A stretch of DNA of 32,000 bases from Candidatus Saccharimonadota bacterium (GTDB lineage: Bacteria > Patescibacteriota > Saccharimonadia > Saccharimonadales > Saccharimonadaceae), in assembly GCA_020160975.1 (NCBI GenBank), contig JAIUPJ010000001.1:810001-842000 (forward strand), written 5' to 3'. Made by a program: the position numbers and the translations under genes. How positions within the stretch are numbered: the first letter of the stretch is position 1; every line of letters starts with the position of its first letter. Below are positions 1 through 10,768 of the stretch, in pieces. The notes under the pieces were generated by a model. The model did no database searches and was not told the origin of the DNA. It saw only the letters and a list, made by a program, of their open reading frames with translations.

Positions 1-630
1 CAATCCATCGCCATCTCCAGCGACGGCAGCAAGCTCGCGGCGGTTGTGTCGGGCGGCTTCATCTACACCTCATCCGACTCCGGCGCTACCTGGACGGAGC
101 GCACCGCCGCCGGCTCGCGTGGCTGGCAATCCATCGCCAGCTCCAGCGACGGCACGAAGCTCGCCGCGGTTGACTATGGCGGCTTCGTCTACACCTCATC
201 CGATTCCGGTGCCACCTGGACGGAGCAAACCGCCGCCGGCTCGCGTTACTGGTACTCCATTGCCAGCTCTAGCGACGGCAGCAAGCTCGCCGCGGTCGTG
301 TCGGGCGGCTCCGTCTACACCTCATCCGATTCCGGTGCCACCTGGACGGAGCAAACCGCCGCCGGCTCGCGTAGCTGGTACTCCATCGCTAGCTCCAGCG
401 ACGGCAGCAAGCTCGCCGCGGTCGTTTGGGGCGGCTCCGTCTACACTTCGTCCGATTCCGGCGCCACTTGGACGGAGCAAACCGTCGCCGGCTCGCGTGA
501 CTGGCAATCCATCGCCAGCTCTAGCGACGGCAGCAAGCTCGCGGCGGTCGTCTATGGCGGCTCCCTCTACACCTCATCAAATTCCGGCGCCACCTGGAAG
601 CAAGAGACCCCGCCGAGCCGTAGCTGGATG
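1..630 (+). repeat. Five tandem 126-bp (42-codon) coding repeats, followed by a degenerate sixth unit to about 700
   Basis: The unit start (caatccatcgcc / tactccat.gc.) recurs at 1, 127, 253, 379 and 505. This stretch is visibly more GC-rich than the rest of the window. Confidence 0.9.
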
Positions 631-1341
631 TCTGTCGTGATGTCTACTGACGGGTCCAGGCTGGCAGTGGCAGCCGAAGCTGGCAACATCTACCTCGCCA
701 GCAAGGAGGGTCCCGCCACCGCCACAGTCGCTATGCCTAGCCTCCCAGCCGGCAGCAAGGATGTCACGGCAGCTCCAGCCATCGCCGGTGCTAGTCTTTC
801 CGCTACTTCCATGAGCTGCTACACGCTGGCACCAGGTACCACTACAACCTATGGCCCCGACAGCCTCACCGTGCCGGAGCAGGGTGTCAACCTATTGGGC
901 GGCATCGGCTTCAAGCTGACCTGCACCGACACTGGCGGCACCGCCAACACGGCCGTCACCCTGGGAACCGCATACAATGATGCCTCTGCACTCCGCGTCT
1001 ACAAACGCAGCGGCACCGGCCCACTCGTTGACATCACAGAACAGGTTACCATCCAAAACGAGACCGTGGCTGGCGCCACTAAGACGGTCATCCGCTACAA
1101 CCTGGTCGACGGCGGCAGCCTTGACGAAGACGGCACAGCCGACGGCACCATCACTGACCCCATCTACATCGGCGTGATGAACAGTGCAGCAACGACCACT
1201 CCAGGAGCGGCAGGCGGCTCGCTCGCCAGCACCGGCTTGAATGTTTATGTGCTCCTTGCTCTTGCTGCCACGTTACTCACGAGTGCAACCGTAATCTGGC
1301 GTAAAAGCGTTAAGATACCAAAACGCGAATCGTTTAGATAA
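1..1341 (+). CDS. BNR/Asp-box repeat surface protein, 5'-truncated by the window edge, with an LAxTG-type cell-wall sorting signal
   Basis: Frame 1 is open from base 1, so the ORF-track Met at 46 is internal. It has five 42-aa units, each with an Asp-box S-x-D-x-G-x-T-W (YTSSDSGATW). The C-terminus is GGSLASTG, then about 21 hydrophobic residues, then RKSVKIPKRESFR. Confidence 0.8.
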   Translation, partial: QSIAISSDGSKLAAVVSGGFIYTSSDSGATWTERTAAGSRGWQSIASSSDGTKLAAVDYGGFVYTSSDSGATWTEQTAAGSRYWYSIASSSDGSKLAAVVSGGSVYTSSDSGATWTEQTAAGSRSWYSIASSSDGSKLAAVVWGGSVYTSSDSGATWTEQTVAGSRDWQSIASSSDGSKLAAVVYGGSLYTSSNSGATWKQETPPSRSWMSVVMSTDGSRLAVAAEAGNIYLASKEGPATATVAMPSLPAGSKDVTAAPAIAGASLSATSMSCYTLAPGTTTTYGPDSLTVPEQGVNLLGGIGFKLTCTDTGGTANTAVTLGTAYNDASALRVYKRSGTGPLVDITEQVTIQNETVAGATKTVIRYNLVDGGSLDEDGTADGTITDPIYIGVMNSAATTTPGAAGGSLASTGLNVYVLLALAATLLTSATVIWRKSVKIPKRESFR

Positions 1342-1378
1342 ATAGATGCATCCAGGTAGTTACAACAAAACAGTACAT

Positions 1379-1406
1379 AACACCCCCAGAATGATCTGGG
1401 GGTGTT
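1379..1406. terminator. Hairpin after the surface-protein gene
   Basis: aacacccccaga-atga-tctgggggtgtt forms a 12-bp perfect stem. There is no clear T-run on the + strand. Confidence 0.45.
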
Positions 1407-1420
1407 ATAGCAATATGACC

Positions 1421-1479
1421 GTGAAAACAAAAAAGTGCTCCACACTGGATCTCATAGGTCTCGTTTGTGGAACACTTTT
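1421..1479 (-). terminator. Intrinsic terminator of tRNA-Leu(GAG)
   Basis: On the minus strand, aaaagtgttccaca...tgtggagcactttt forms a 14-bp stem with one mismatch, followed by ttttttgtttt directly downstream of the tRNA 3' end. Confidence 0.55.
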
Positions 1480-1496
1480 ATACCTGTTGTTCAATT

Positions 1497-1584
1497 TGGT
1501 GCACTGAAGAGGACTTGAACCTCCACGATCGCAATGATCACTAGCCCCTCAAGCTAGCGCGTCTACCAATTCCGCCACCAGTGC
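1497..1584 (-). tRNA. tRNA-Leu(GAG), type II with long variable arm, CCA encoded
   Basis: Hand-folded cloverleaf: acceptor GCACTGG/TCAGTGC, anticodon arm CTAGC-TTGAGGG-GCTAG, variable arm GATC-ATTGC-GATC, T-arm GGAGG-TTCAAGT-CCTCT, then ACCA. Total 88 nt. Confidence 0.9.
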
Positions 1585-1648
1585 ATATATTATTAAGGTT
1601 ATCTTTTTCGTAGCAGGTACCTTATTATTCTGAGTGCTCTGTGAATAT

Positions 1649-1721
1649 GGGCGGAATTAGTAGACGCAACATCTACAATTTTTTCTGGCGCTGCTTCGCA
1701 GCGACCCGCCACCAGTGCATA
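1649..1721 (-). pseudogene. Scrambled partial copy of tRNA-Leu(GAG): a direct copy of its 5' end plus an inverted copy of its D-arm
   Basis: The 16-nt ccgccaccagtgcata at 1706-1721 repeats 1572-1587. gggcggaattagtagacgc at 1649-1667 is the reverse complement of the D-arm at 1559-1576, with one mismatch. Confidence 0.7.
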
Positions 1722-1793
1722 AGAATATTAATGGTGTACGATCTTTTTGATTATACGAGAGATAGTTACATTTGTAAATAACAGAGAGGGCCA

Positions 1794-1802
1794 TGGTATA
1801 AT
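1794..1802 (+). promoter_or_regulatory. Extended -10 promoter (TGgTATAAT) for tRNA-Cys
   Basis: TGG-TATAAT ends 9 nt before the tRNA 5' end. A weak -35, TTGTAA, lies at 1772-1777 with a 19-nt spacer. Confidence 0.5.
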
Positions 1803-1811
1803 TATTGATGT

Positions 1812-1885
1812 GGCGCGTTGGCGGAGCAGTTACGCAGCGGTCTGCAAAACCGCGTAGACGGGTGCGACTCCCGTACGTGCCTCCA
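1812..1885 (+). tRNA. tRNA-Cys(GCA), CCA encoded
   Basis: Acceptor GGCGCGT/ACGTGCC, anticodon arm GCGGT-CTGCAAA-ACCGC, T-arm ACGGG-TGCGACT-CCCGT, discriminator T plus CCA. Total 74 nt. Confidence 0.85.
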
Positions 1886-1897
1886 TGCAGATAATAA

Positions 1898-1927
1898 GGA
1901 GGGGTTGACCCCTCCGCTTTATTTCTT
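1898..1927. terminator. Intrinsic terminator, usable on both strands
   Basis: GGAGGGG-ttga-CCCCTCC is followed by gctttatttctt on the + strand. On the minus strand the stem is followed by ttattatc. Confidence 0.7.
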
Positions 1928-1945
1928 AAGTAGATTCATAAATAA

Positions 1946-2041
1946 GCCTGACACGTTTCTCGACCCCTGAATTTCATGATTGAAAGCATAGCTTTGATCG
2001 GAAGGTTCATTTCGAAACTATCCTAGGCAGTGTTCGCCCGC
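1946..2041 (-). repeat. Copy A of a ~96-nt hairpin-rich element, the inverted partner of 2865-2960
   Basis: The reverse complement aligns without gaps to 2865-2960 at 72 of 96 positions by my hand count. It lies between the hydrolase stop codon and the 1898-1915 hairpin. Confidence 0.65.
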
Positions 2042-2101
2042 TAAAGCCGATGCTATGTGTTGTTGCCTATAGCCAAGCCCCATGCCTATGATGTGTTAAG
2101 A

Positions 2102-2683
2102 TTATTTTTGTCTTATAAGCTCAAGCATCTCAGGAAAGGTTGAGTCAATGAAATGACCGCGGCTCTTGAAGCTGTGGACAATCGCGCTAGGGATGTCATG
2201 TTTAAACTTTGCCATATCAGCATAGGGTACGAGAGGGTCGTCCTCACTGTGAAACAGATGAACTTCCCGTGCGCTATTCTCAACCCCTTTGGCTGATGCC
2301 ACAACAAAGCTGCCGTCTTCGTCTCCCCCATAGCGAGCGGCGACGAGCACAATGCGATGGACTTTCTCTTCAAGCTTATGAGTATGAAAATATTTCGCCA
2401 GGAACATGCCACCAAGCGAATGACCAACCAAGGTAACGCCGTCAGAGAGCATCGGCAATATTTTTTCAAAATAGATCACCCATTCGTCGTATACGGCATT
2501 AAAACCATTCGGCATAGTTGGTAACAGTACGTCGCAATCTACCGCTTGTTGTGCGATCCACTCGCGCCAACGTGGTGCGTATTTGAGGCTTTCGTAGTCA
2601 AGTTGTTTGTTTTTTAGCCATTCCAGATAACTCTCATAGTTGGAAAAACTTTCGCCACCATGGATAAAGAGAATTTGTTTCAT
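2102..2683 (-). CDS. Alpha/beta-fold serine hydrolase (YdeN/RBBP9-like)
   Basis: 193 aa. It has the nucleophile elbow GHSLGG and an MKQILFIHGG N-terminus. The size and layout are typical of small serine hydrolases. Confidence 0.8.
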   Translation of the reverse strand: MKQILFIHGGESFSNYESYLEWLKNKQLDYESLKYAPRWREWIAQQAVDCDVLLPTMPNGFNAVYDEWVIYFEKILPMLSDGVTLVGHSLGGMFLAKYFHTHKLEEKVHRIVLVAARYGGDEDGSFVVASAKGVENSAREVHLFHSEDDPLVPYADMAKFKHDIPSAIVHSFKSRGHFIDSTFPEMLELIRQK

Positions 2684-2706
2684 ATTTTTAGTATAATGTA
2701 TCCAGC

Positions 2707-2792
2707 GCGCGAGTGATGGAATTGGTAGACATACTAGACTTAAAATCTGGGGGCCAAAAGCCGTGCGGGTTCAAGTCCCGCCTTGCGCACCA
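2707..2792 (+). tRNA. tRNA-Leu(UAA), type II, CCA encoded
   Basis: Acceptor GCGCGAG/CTTGCGC, anticodon arm CTAGA-CTTAAAA-TCTGG, variable arm GGC-caaaa-GCC, T-arm GCGGG-TTCAAGT-CCCGC. Total 86 nt. A TATAAT lies at 2692-2697. Confidence 0.9.
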
Positions 2793-2795
2793 ACT

Positions 2796-2824
2796 AAAAC
2801 TCCAGGCTTGTCCTGGGTTTTTTA
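2796..2824 (+). terminator. Intrinsic terminator of tRNA-Leu(UAA)
   Basis: ctccagg-cttgt-cctggg is followed by tttttt. Confidence 0.7.
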
Positions 2825-2849
2825 GTTGGTATCCAGTGCTAGCTTAAAT

Positions 2850-2977
2850 CCGCACGGCTGCCGTGCGGGTGAGAACTGCCTGGGGCAGTTCGGAAACGAA
2901 CTTTCCGATGAAAGGTGTGCTTTCAATCGTGAAATTCGGGGGTAGCAGAATGTGTCCAAGTCCCGCCTTGTGCACCA
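2850..2977 (+). ncRNA. Copy B: tRNA-Leu(UAA) 3'-part mimic interrupted by ~86 nt of hairpins. Candidate small RNA or integration scar.
   Basis: gccgtgcgggt (2860-2870) equals tRNA 2760-2770. caagtcccgccttgtgcaccaa (2957-2978) equals tRNA 2772-2793 with one mismatch. Perfect hairpins are at 2850-2868, 2873-2891, 2891-2907 and 2910-2924. The element ends in ACCA and is followed by its own terminator. Confidence 0.4.
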
Positions 2978-2987
2978 AAGACGGAAC

Positions 2988-3022
2988 AAAAAGACCGCTC
3001 AGCACTGAGCGGTCTTTTCTTT
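2988..3022. terminator. Bidirectional intrinsic terminator
   Basis: agaccgctcag-ca-ctgagcggtct is flanked by aaaaa on one side and ttttcttt on the other. It sits between element B (+) and the convergent CDS ending at 3043 (-). Confidence 0.75.
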
Positions 3023-3042
3023 ACGCGAAACAAGAGTTGCTA

Positions 3043-3918
3043 TTATCGTTTGAAGCTAGCATTCTCATTTACTTGTACGTACGAGACACATGCACCTTGG
3101 TTTTTGAATGCTTTGTTGTCGCTTGTAAAGAGTGATTTCCAGCCGTTGTTTTTACAACCGTCCTTAGACACAGCGGTCGATGTTGCGTCATAGGTAATTG
3201 CACAATCGATTGACCATGGAGAGGCATTGCCGGCGGCATCAAACGCACGGACACGGAAGGTGTAGGTACCTTTGCCTTGGTTGAATACGCCTGCTAGTGA
3301 CGTGGTACTGCCAACATTGGTCGTCCATGCCGCATCCCAACTCGTACGCAGCGGTGTTTTGACACTATATTCATAGCTCGCAACAGCGACATTATCAGAC
3401 GAGGCATCCCAGTTTGCCTTAATCGTAGCACTGGTTGTCGTACCGCCACATGCAACGGCAGGATTTGTCCAACGCAGGTTAGTCGGCACTGTTGGTGCAG
3501 CCGTATCGCGCGGGGCAGCTGTCTCGAAGTCGTAGACGGTACCATTGAAGCTGACGGCATCAACACGAATATCATAGTGCGGATTGCCACTTCCAACATT
3601 GAGTGCAACACCTACAACCACTGCGCTCGGAAACTTCTCTTTGAGCTGAGCTAGCGTAAAGGTCTGGTAGCCTGAAAGTGGTGTGCCGTTTCCAATCTCT
3701 CGTGTCGAGTACAGGTTACCTACAGCAACATTCCACGTCTGCCAGGTGTTGCTTTGTGCTGCATCGTTTCCAGTCGACACGTATGGCTCAAACACGAGGT
3801 TGGTCCACGCTGGCATGCTCGTGTCAGTCGAAGGCGCGCATCCTAAGCTCATCACATTGACAGCTCTTGCACTATCCGAACATGCCAGGGAAAAGTCTGG
3901 TATTTTACGTTGGTGCAA
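3043..3918 (-). CDS. Fibronectin-III-like domain protein with a C-terminal Cys motif. The start is uncertain and it may be 5'-truncated.
   Basis: The middle region (PTNLRW...TYTFRVRAFDAAGNASPWS) looks like an FN3 domain. The C-terminus is CKNNGWKSLF...FKNQGACVSYV. The only start in the open frame is a TTG at 3918, and there is no signal peptide. Confidence 0.6.
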   Translation of the reverse strand: MHQRKIPDFSLACSDSARAVNVMSLGCAPSTDTSMPAWTNLVFEPYVSTGNDAAQSNTWQTWNVAVGNLYSTREIGNGTPLSGYQTFTLAQLKEKFPSAVVVGVALNVGSGNPHYDIRVDAVSFNGTVYDFETAAPRDTAAPTVPTNLRWTNPAVACGGTTTSATIKANWDASSDNVAVASYEYSVKTPLRTSWDAAWTTNVGSTTSLAGVFNQGKGTYTFRVRAFDAAGNASPWSIDCAITYDATSTAVSKDGCKNNGWKSLFTSDNKAFKNQGACVSYVQVNENASFKR

Positions 3919-3947
3919 ATATCTTAAAGCGTTTATAATACATAGAG

Positions 3948-7399
<3,452 letters not shown>

Positions 7400-7403
<4 letters not shown>

Positions 7404-7960
7404 AACCACTATTTATCACTGGAAATCAACACAAGGCACAGTATATTGAGCGGCTGCTGGGCGTACCGATTGATCACCAAAAACTCGATGTCGATGAGAT
7501 TCAGTCAAAAAATCCTGAAGATGTCATAGCTCACAAAGTGAAGCAGGCATATGCAATTGCCAAACGGCCCGTGTTTGTCGATGATTTTTCATTTTGGTTT
7601 GATGATCTCGATGGGCTGCCCGGACCATTTATCAAATTCTTTGTTGAAGGCGACAACTCGCTAGAAAAGTTGTGTCGACTGGCCGATAATTTACCATCTC
7701 GACGTGTAACGGGGAGGTCATACCTTGGCTACTATGATGGCGTAGAGCTTACGATTTTTCATGGTGAAATAAAAGGTGAGATCGCCGATCATCCTAGGGG
7801 CACAGACGAACATGGAATTGGTACAGACTACGTTTTTGCCGTTGACGGGTATGGCGGGCGAACGCGCTGTGAACTATCTGCCGAAGAATATGATGAAGTG
7901 TATATGGCGGTGCGACCGATCGACGAATTCAAAAAGTTCTTGAGTACGAAGCATGGGTAG
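7400..7960 (+). CDS. Non-canonical purine NTP pyrophosphatase (Ham1/RdgB/ITPase family)
   Basis: 186 aa with the N-terminal signature FITGNQHK and the family-typical DDxxF...LxGxPGP pattern (VDDFSFWFDDLDGLPGPF). Confidence 0.85.
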
Positions 7961-8183
7961 CAGGCCAATTATCGAGAAAGGCACCTATCGCCATAACAAA
8001 ACAGGTAAGCTCTATGGGGTCCTCGGCGTGGCGCTGCAAACCGAAACAGAAGAGCCACTAGTCATCTACCGTCCGCTCTATGAAATTGAGTACGAATTAT
8101 TTGCACGACCATATAGTATGTTTATCGAGCAGGTATCAATCGATGGTATGCGAAAAGCACGGTTTGAGAGAATTAGCGAGTAG
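7953..8183 (+). CDS. DUF1653-like small protein
   Basis: 76 aa. The pattern GTYRHNKTGKLYGVLGVALQTETEEPLVIYRPLY...ARPYSMF matches the DUF1653 pattern as I remember it. Confidence 0.7.
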   Translation: MGSRPIIEKGTYRHNKTGKLYGVLGVALQTETEEPLVIYRPLYEIEYELFARPYSMFIEQVSIDGMRKARFERISE

Positions 8184-8784
8184 TAGGTTGCGCAAGTTCA
8201 TGGTAGCGCTGCATGGCTTTTGCGATAATCATGGCATGCGCTCCGTGCAAAGATGCCTCGGCTAGTTCGGCGAGAGGAAGCCACACAGCAGAGCCAGGTC
8301 GTGCATCGTCGCCTGCAATAACCGGTGGGCAGCCATCGTGGCGAAAGAGAATAGCGGTTGTTTCGGCCCACGCATGCAGCGTGTCGCGTGGATCGTTCAC
8401 CTGACCGTTATAAATGGTTTCGTGAGGGTCCTGAGAGATATCGAGCCCTGTTTCTTCGTGCGCTTCTCTGATCGCTGCACTGAGCGGTAGCTCTCCTAGG
8501 TCAATAAATCCTCCAGGAAGCGCCAGTAGACCATTATCGCCGCGGACAATTGTTAGTACTTTTGGAGTGTTATTCTCTTGGCCGATTACCACAGGGTCAA
8601 CAGTGTGATTTGGTCCCCAATAGTAGAACATTCCTTTGCCCTGGACAAGCCCCTTATGGCCAAAATCCTGCACAAAGTGAGGGTTAACAGGCCGACCAAG
8701 ACCGTCAATCTTTACACCCAAGCGCCCCAAACGAATGGTTTCTTCTCTTGTGGGCTGGGCTGGTCGTTTGTAGAGTTCAAGCAT
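8173..8784 (-). CDS. Nudix hydrolase, NUDT9-like ADP-ribose pyrophosphatase
   Basis: 203 aa with an intact Nudix box GGFIDLGELPLSAAIREAHEETGL. The upstream WGPNHTVDP motif resembles NUDT9-type ADPRases. Confidence 0.8.
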   Translation of the reverse strand: MLELYKRPAQPTREETIRLGRLGVKIDGLGRPVNPHFVQDFGHKGLVQGKGMFYYWGPNHTVDPVVIGQENNTPKVLTIVRGDNGLLALPGGFIDLGELPLSAAIREAHEETGLDISQDPHETIYNGQVNDPRDTLHAWAETTAILFRHDGCPPVIAGDDARPGSAVWLPLAELAEASLHGAHAMIIAKAMQRYHELAQPTTR

Positions 8785-8791
8785 AGTAATA

Positions 8792-10012
8792 TTATGTAAC
8801 TAAACTTGCATTTTTTGCAAGCCTATCTTCTGCTAATTTTTGATAACGCTTTACGGCATCGGGATGGCCCATATGCTTGCCTTCGTCGTCACTCAGCTTT
8901 ACGGTGCCATGGCCATTGACGTTGACAGCTTTGGCAACGATATTCATGCCGGGTAGTCCCATGTTGTTGACGGCATTGCCACCGATGCCGAATGAGACAT
9001 CAATTTTGTCTTTGAACTCATCGGCCAGGCCAATAGCTTTTTCGGGAGTCAGGCTATTGCTAAAGAACAATGTGCGCGTGCGAGGGTCGACACCATGTGT
9101 TTCAAGAAAACTGATTACTTTGTGACCAATTTTGTACTCATTGCCAGAGTCGATACGAAAGCTACGGAGTTGGTCATTTTGAGATTCGGTGAGGTCATGG
9201 AGAGTAATATCGCTTGTGAAGGTGTCGATGAGCGCAACCGGCATATTTGGAAAGCGCGCTAGCCAGTCGGCGATCACGTGGTTTTGGCCGTCCAGCGGAT
9301 TGCCCCCGCGAGACTCTTCGAGCGCGGCGTAGACCATGGCCAGTTCGTGCGCGTTTGTGCCAACTGCAGGAATATCATATTTCGCAGCTAGCCATGGATT
9401 ACTGGTACCTATCAGATTTTCGGGACATTCGTTGACAAATCGTTCGACAGCGTGGTCTTGCCAGGCGCTGCTAAATCGTCGACGTGTGCCAAACTCGGCA
9501 AATTTGACGTAAGGGTGAGCTTTCATCAGCTTGATCATATCAGTCAGTCGTCGATCACCTTCATTCCAGACTTCAGCCATCGACCCTCCTTGTGCTTCGA
9601 TGAGGCGAGGGTAGTAAAGCTCAGGGATGGCGGAGAGCATAGGGATTTCCCAGAGCGACGCTGCATTCCAGGGCGCCGTCGTCTCTGCAGTAATGTCTTT
9701 GTTCCAGGAGTCAATCGACACCTCGATCGCAGGGAGGCGAAAGCTTGCCAGATAGCCCAAAAATTCTTTGGTATAGCGTTTGTCAGTTTGCCGCTCGAGG
9801 ATGGCGATTTCTTCAGGAGTAAACCGCACTTCTCGCAGGCCATCGTAATACTCCTGTAGTTCTTCGGGCTGCACGTATTTGCTGATCGGCATACCGGTCA
9901 AGGCCTTGCGATTGGTCATGGCAAAGGTCACTTCTGCGGTAGGCTCTGTCTCGAACATCACCTGTCCCATAGGGAACTTGTACTGGTCTTGGATGTTGAG
10001 CATTTTTTCCAT
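8792..10012 (-). CDS. pncB: Nicotinate phosphoribosyltransferase
   Basis: 406 aa with the PncB hallmarks FGTRRR, GTSN and GTNAHE. Confidence 0.9.
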   Translation of the reverse strand: MEKMLNIQDQYKFPMGQVMFETEPTAEVTFAMTNRKALTGMPISKYVQPEELQEYYDGLREVRFTPEEIAILERQTDKRYTKEFLGYLASFRLPAIEVSIDSWNKDITAETTAPWNAASLWEIPMLSAIPELYYPRLIEAQGGSMAEVWNEGDRRLTDMIKLMKAHPYVKFAEFGTRRRFSSAWQDHAVERFVNECPENLIGTSNPWLAAKYDIPAVGTNAHELAMVYAALEESRGGNPLDGQNHVIADWLARFPNMPVALIDTFTSDITLHDLTESQNDQLRSFRIDSGNEYKIGHKVISFLETHGVDPRTRTLFFSNSLTPEKAIGLADEFKDKIDVSFGIGGNAVNNMGLPGMNIVAKAVNVNGHGTVKLSDDEGKHMGHPDAVKRYQKLAEDRLAKNASLVT

Positions 10013-10014
10013 GA

Positions 10015-10647
10015 TTAACGCTCGATTCTGTGCTCGTCGATGAGATCAAGTGCTTGTTTCAGGTCAATAATTTTTACACCTGCATCTGCCATTGCTTTGA
10101 CGGCCTCAGTGTCATCATCGGCAACGGCGCGCATGGCCTCGCGTACTGCATATACTTCAACGACATCGGGACATATACGAAATGTATCAGCAATTCCGAT
10201 TGCAGTCGCCTTCACACAATAATCGGTTGCCAGCCCACCGATAAAGACGCGGACTCGCTCAAATCCTTGCGGCTGGATAATTGTTTCAAGTGTTTGGCCA
10301 TCCTTTGCAATGCCTTCTGTGCCAGAATACCCATCGGTCTGGCCCATGCCTTTGCTGATAATTGTGTCACTCGGCGTAACATCAAGCGTGGGGTAGAATG
10401 AAGCACCTTTTGTATTTCTGACGCAGTGCTTTGGCCAGATATCGAAGTGTGGCGTCTGGGCGGGGTGCCAGTCACGCGTATAGGCGACGCGGCCTAGGTG
10501 GGTTGCACGAATGCGCGTCGCCATCTCATTGAGTGGGGCAACTACTTCTTCACCTTCACCAACTGCGAGGCTACCATCGATAAAATCATGCTGCACATCG
10601 ACGGCAATCAGTACGTTTCTTTTTTCGATTTGATCATGTAGTTCCAT
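10015..10647 (-). CDS. pncA: Nicotinamidase/pyrazinamidase (isochorismatase fold)
   Basis: 210 aa with VLIAVDVQHDF, a catalytic Cys in GGLATDYCV, and an AAGGAG Shine-Dalgarno sequence upstream. Confidence 0.9.
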   Translation of the reverse strand: MELHDQIEKRNVLIAVDVQHDFIDGSLAVGEGEEVVAPLNEMATRIRATHLGRVAYTRDWHPAQTPHFDIWPKHCVRNTKGASFYPTLDVTPSDTIISKGMGQTDGYSGTEGIAKDGQTLETIIQPQGFERVRVFIGGLATDYCVKATAIGIADTFRICPDVVEVYAVREAMRAVADDDTEAVKAMADAGVKIIDLKQALDLIDEHRIER

Positions 10648-10665
10648 TGAAACTCCTTTTCTTAT

Positions 10666-10682
10666 AGTGTATATTATACACT
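10666..10682. promoter_or_regulatory. Palindromic operator candidate A1 (AGTGTATA-T-TATACACT)
   Basis: A perfect 8-1-8 palindrome lying between the predicted -10 and the Shine-Dalgarno sequence of pncA. Confidence 0.6.
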
Positions 10683-10691
10683 TTCTATAAA

Positions 10692-10724
10692 ATCATAGTT
10701 CAGAATTAGTGTATAGTCAACACT
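10692..10724 (-). promoter_or_regulatory. pncA-operon promoter plus operator candidate A2
   Basis: On the minus strand: AGTGTTGACTATACACT (10724-10708) contains the -35 TTGACT (10720-10715), followed by a 17-nt spacer and the -10 TATGAT (10697-10692). Confidence 0.6.
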
Positions 10725-10768
10725 AACTAATATAAATATGGTGTAATATAAACAACGTTAATAATTTA

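Noticed and set aside
44-640. ORF-track proteins 44..640 (+, Pro/Ala/Ser-rich) and 322..507 (-) over the repeat region
   Set aside because: They are alternative frames of the 126-bp tandem repeats. Only frame 1 gives Asp-box motifs and continues into a sorting signal. The others are low-complexity by-products of GC-rich repeats.
2850-3022. tmRNA (ssrA) hypothesis for the tRNA-like 3' end plus hairpins
   Set aside because: The element is too short. It has no GGGG-type 5' acceptor partner and no G3:U70. No plausible resume codon or tag ending in hydrophobic Ala-Ala was found in any frame, and the T-arm is interrupted rather than contiguous.
2863-3135. 90-aa + strand ORF spanning element B, the terminator and the end of the convergent gene
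   Set aside because: It runs through a strong terminator hairpin and antisense into the 3043..3918 CDS. It has no ribosome-binding site and no recognisable motif.
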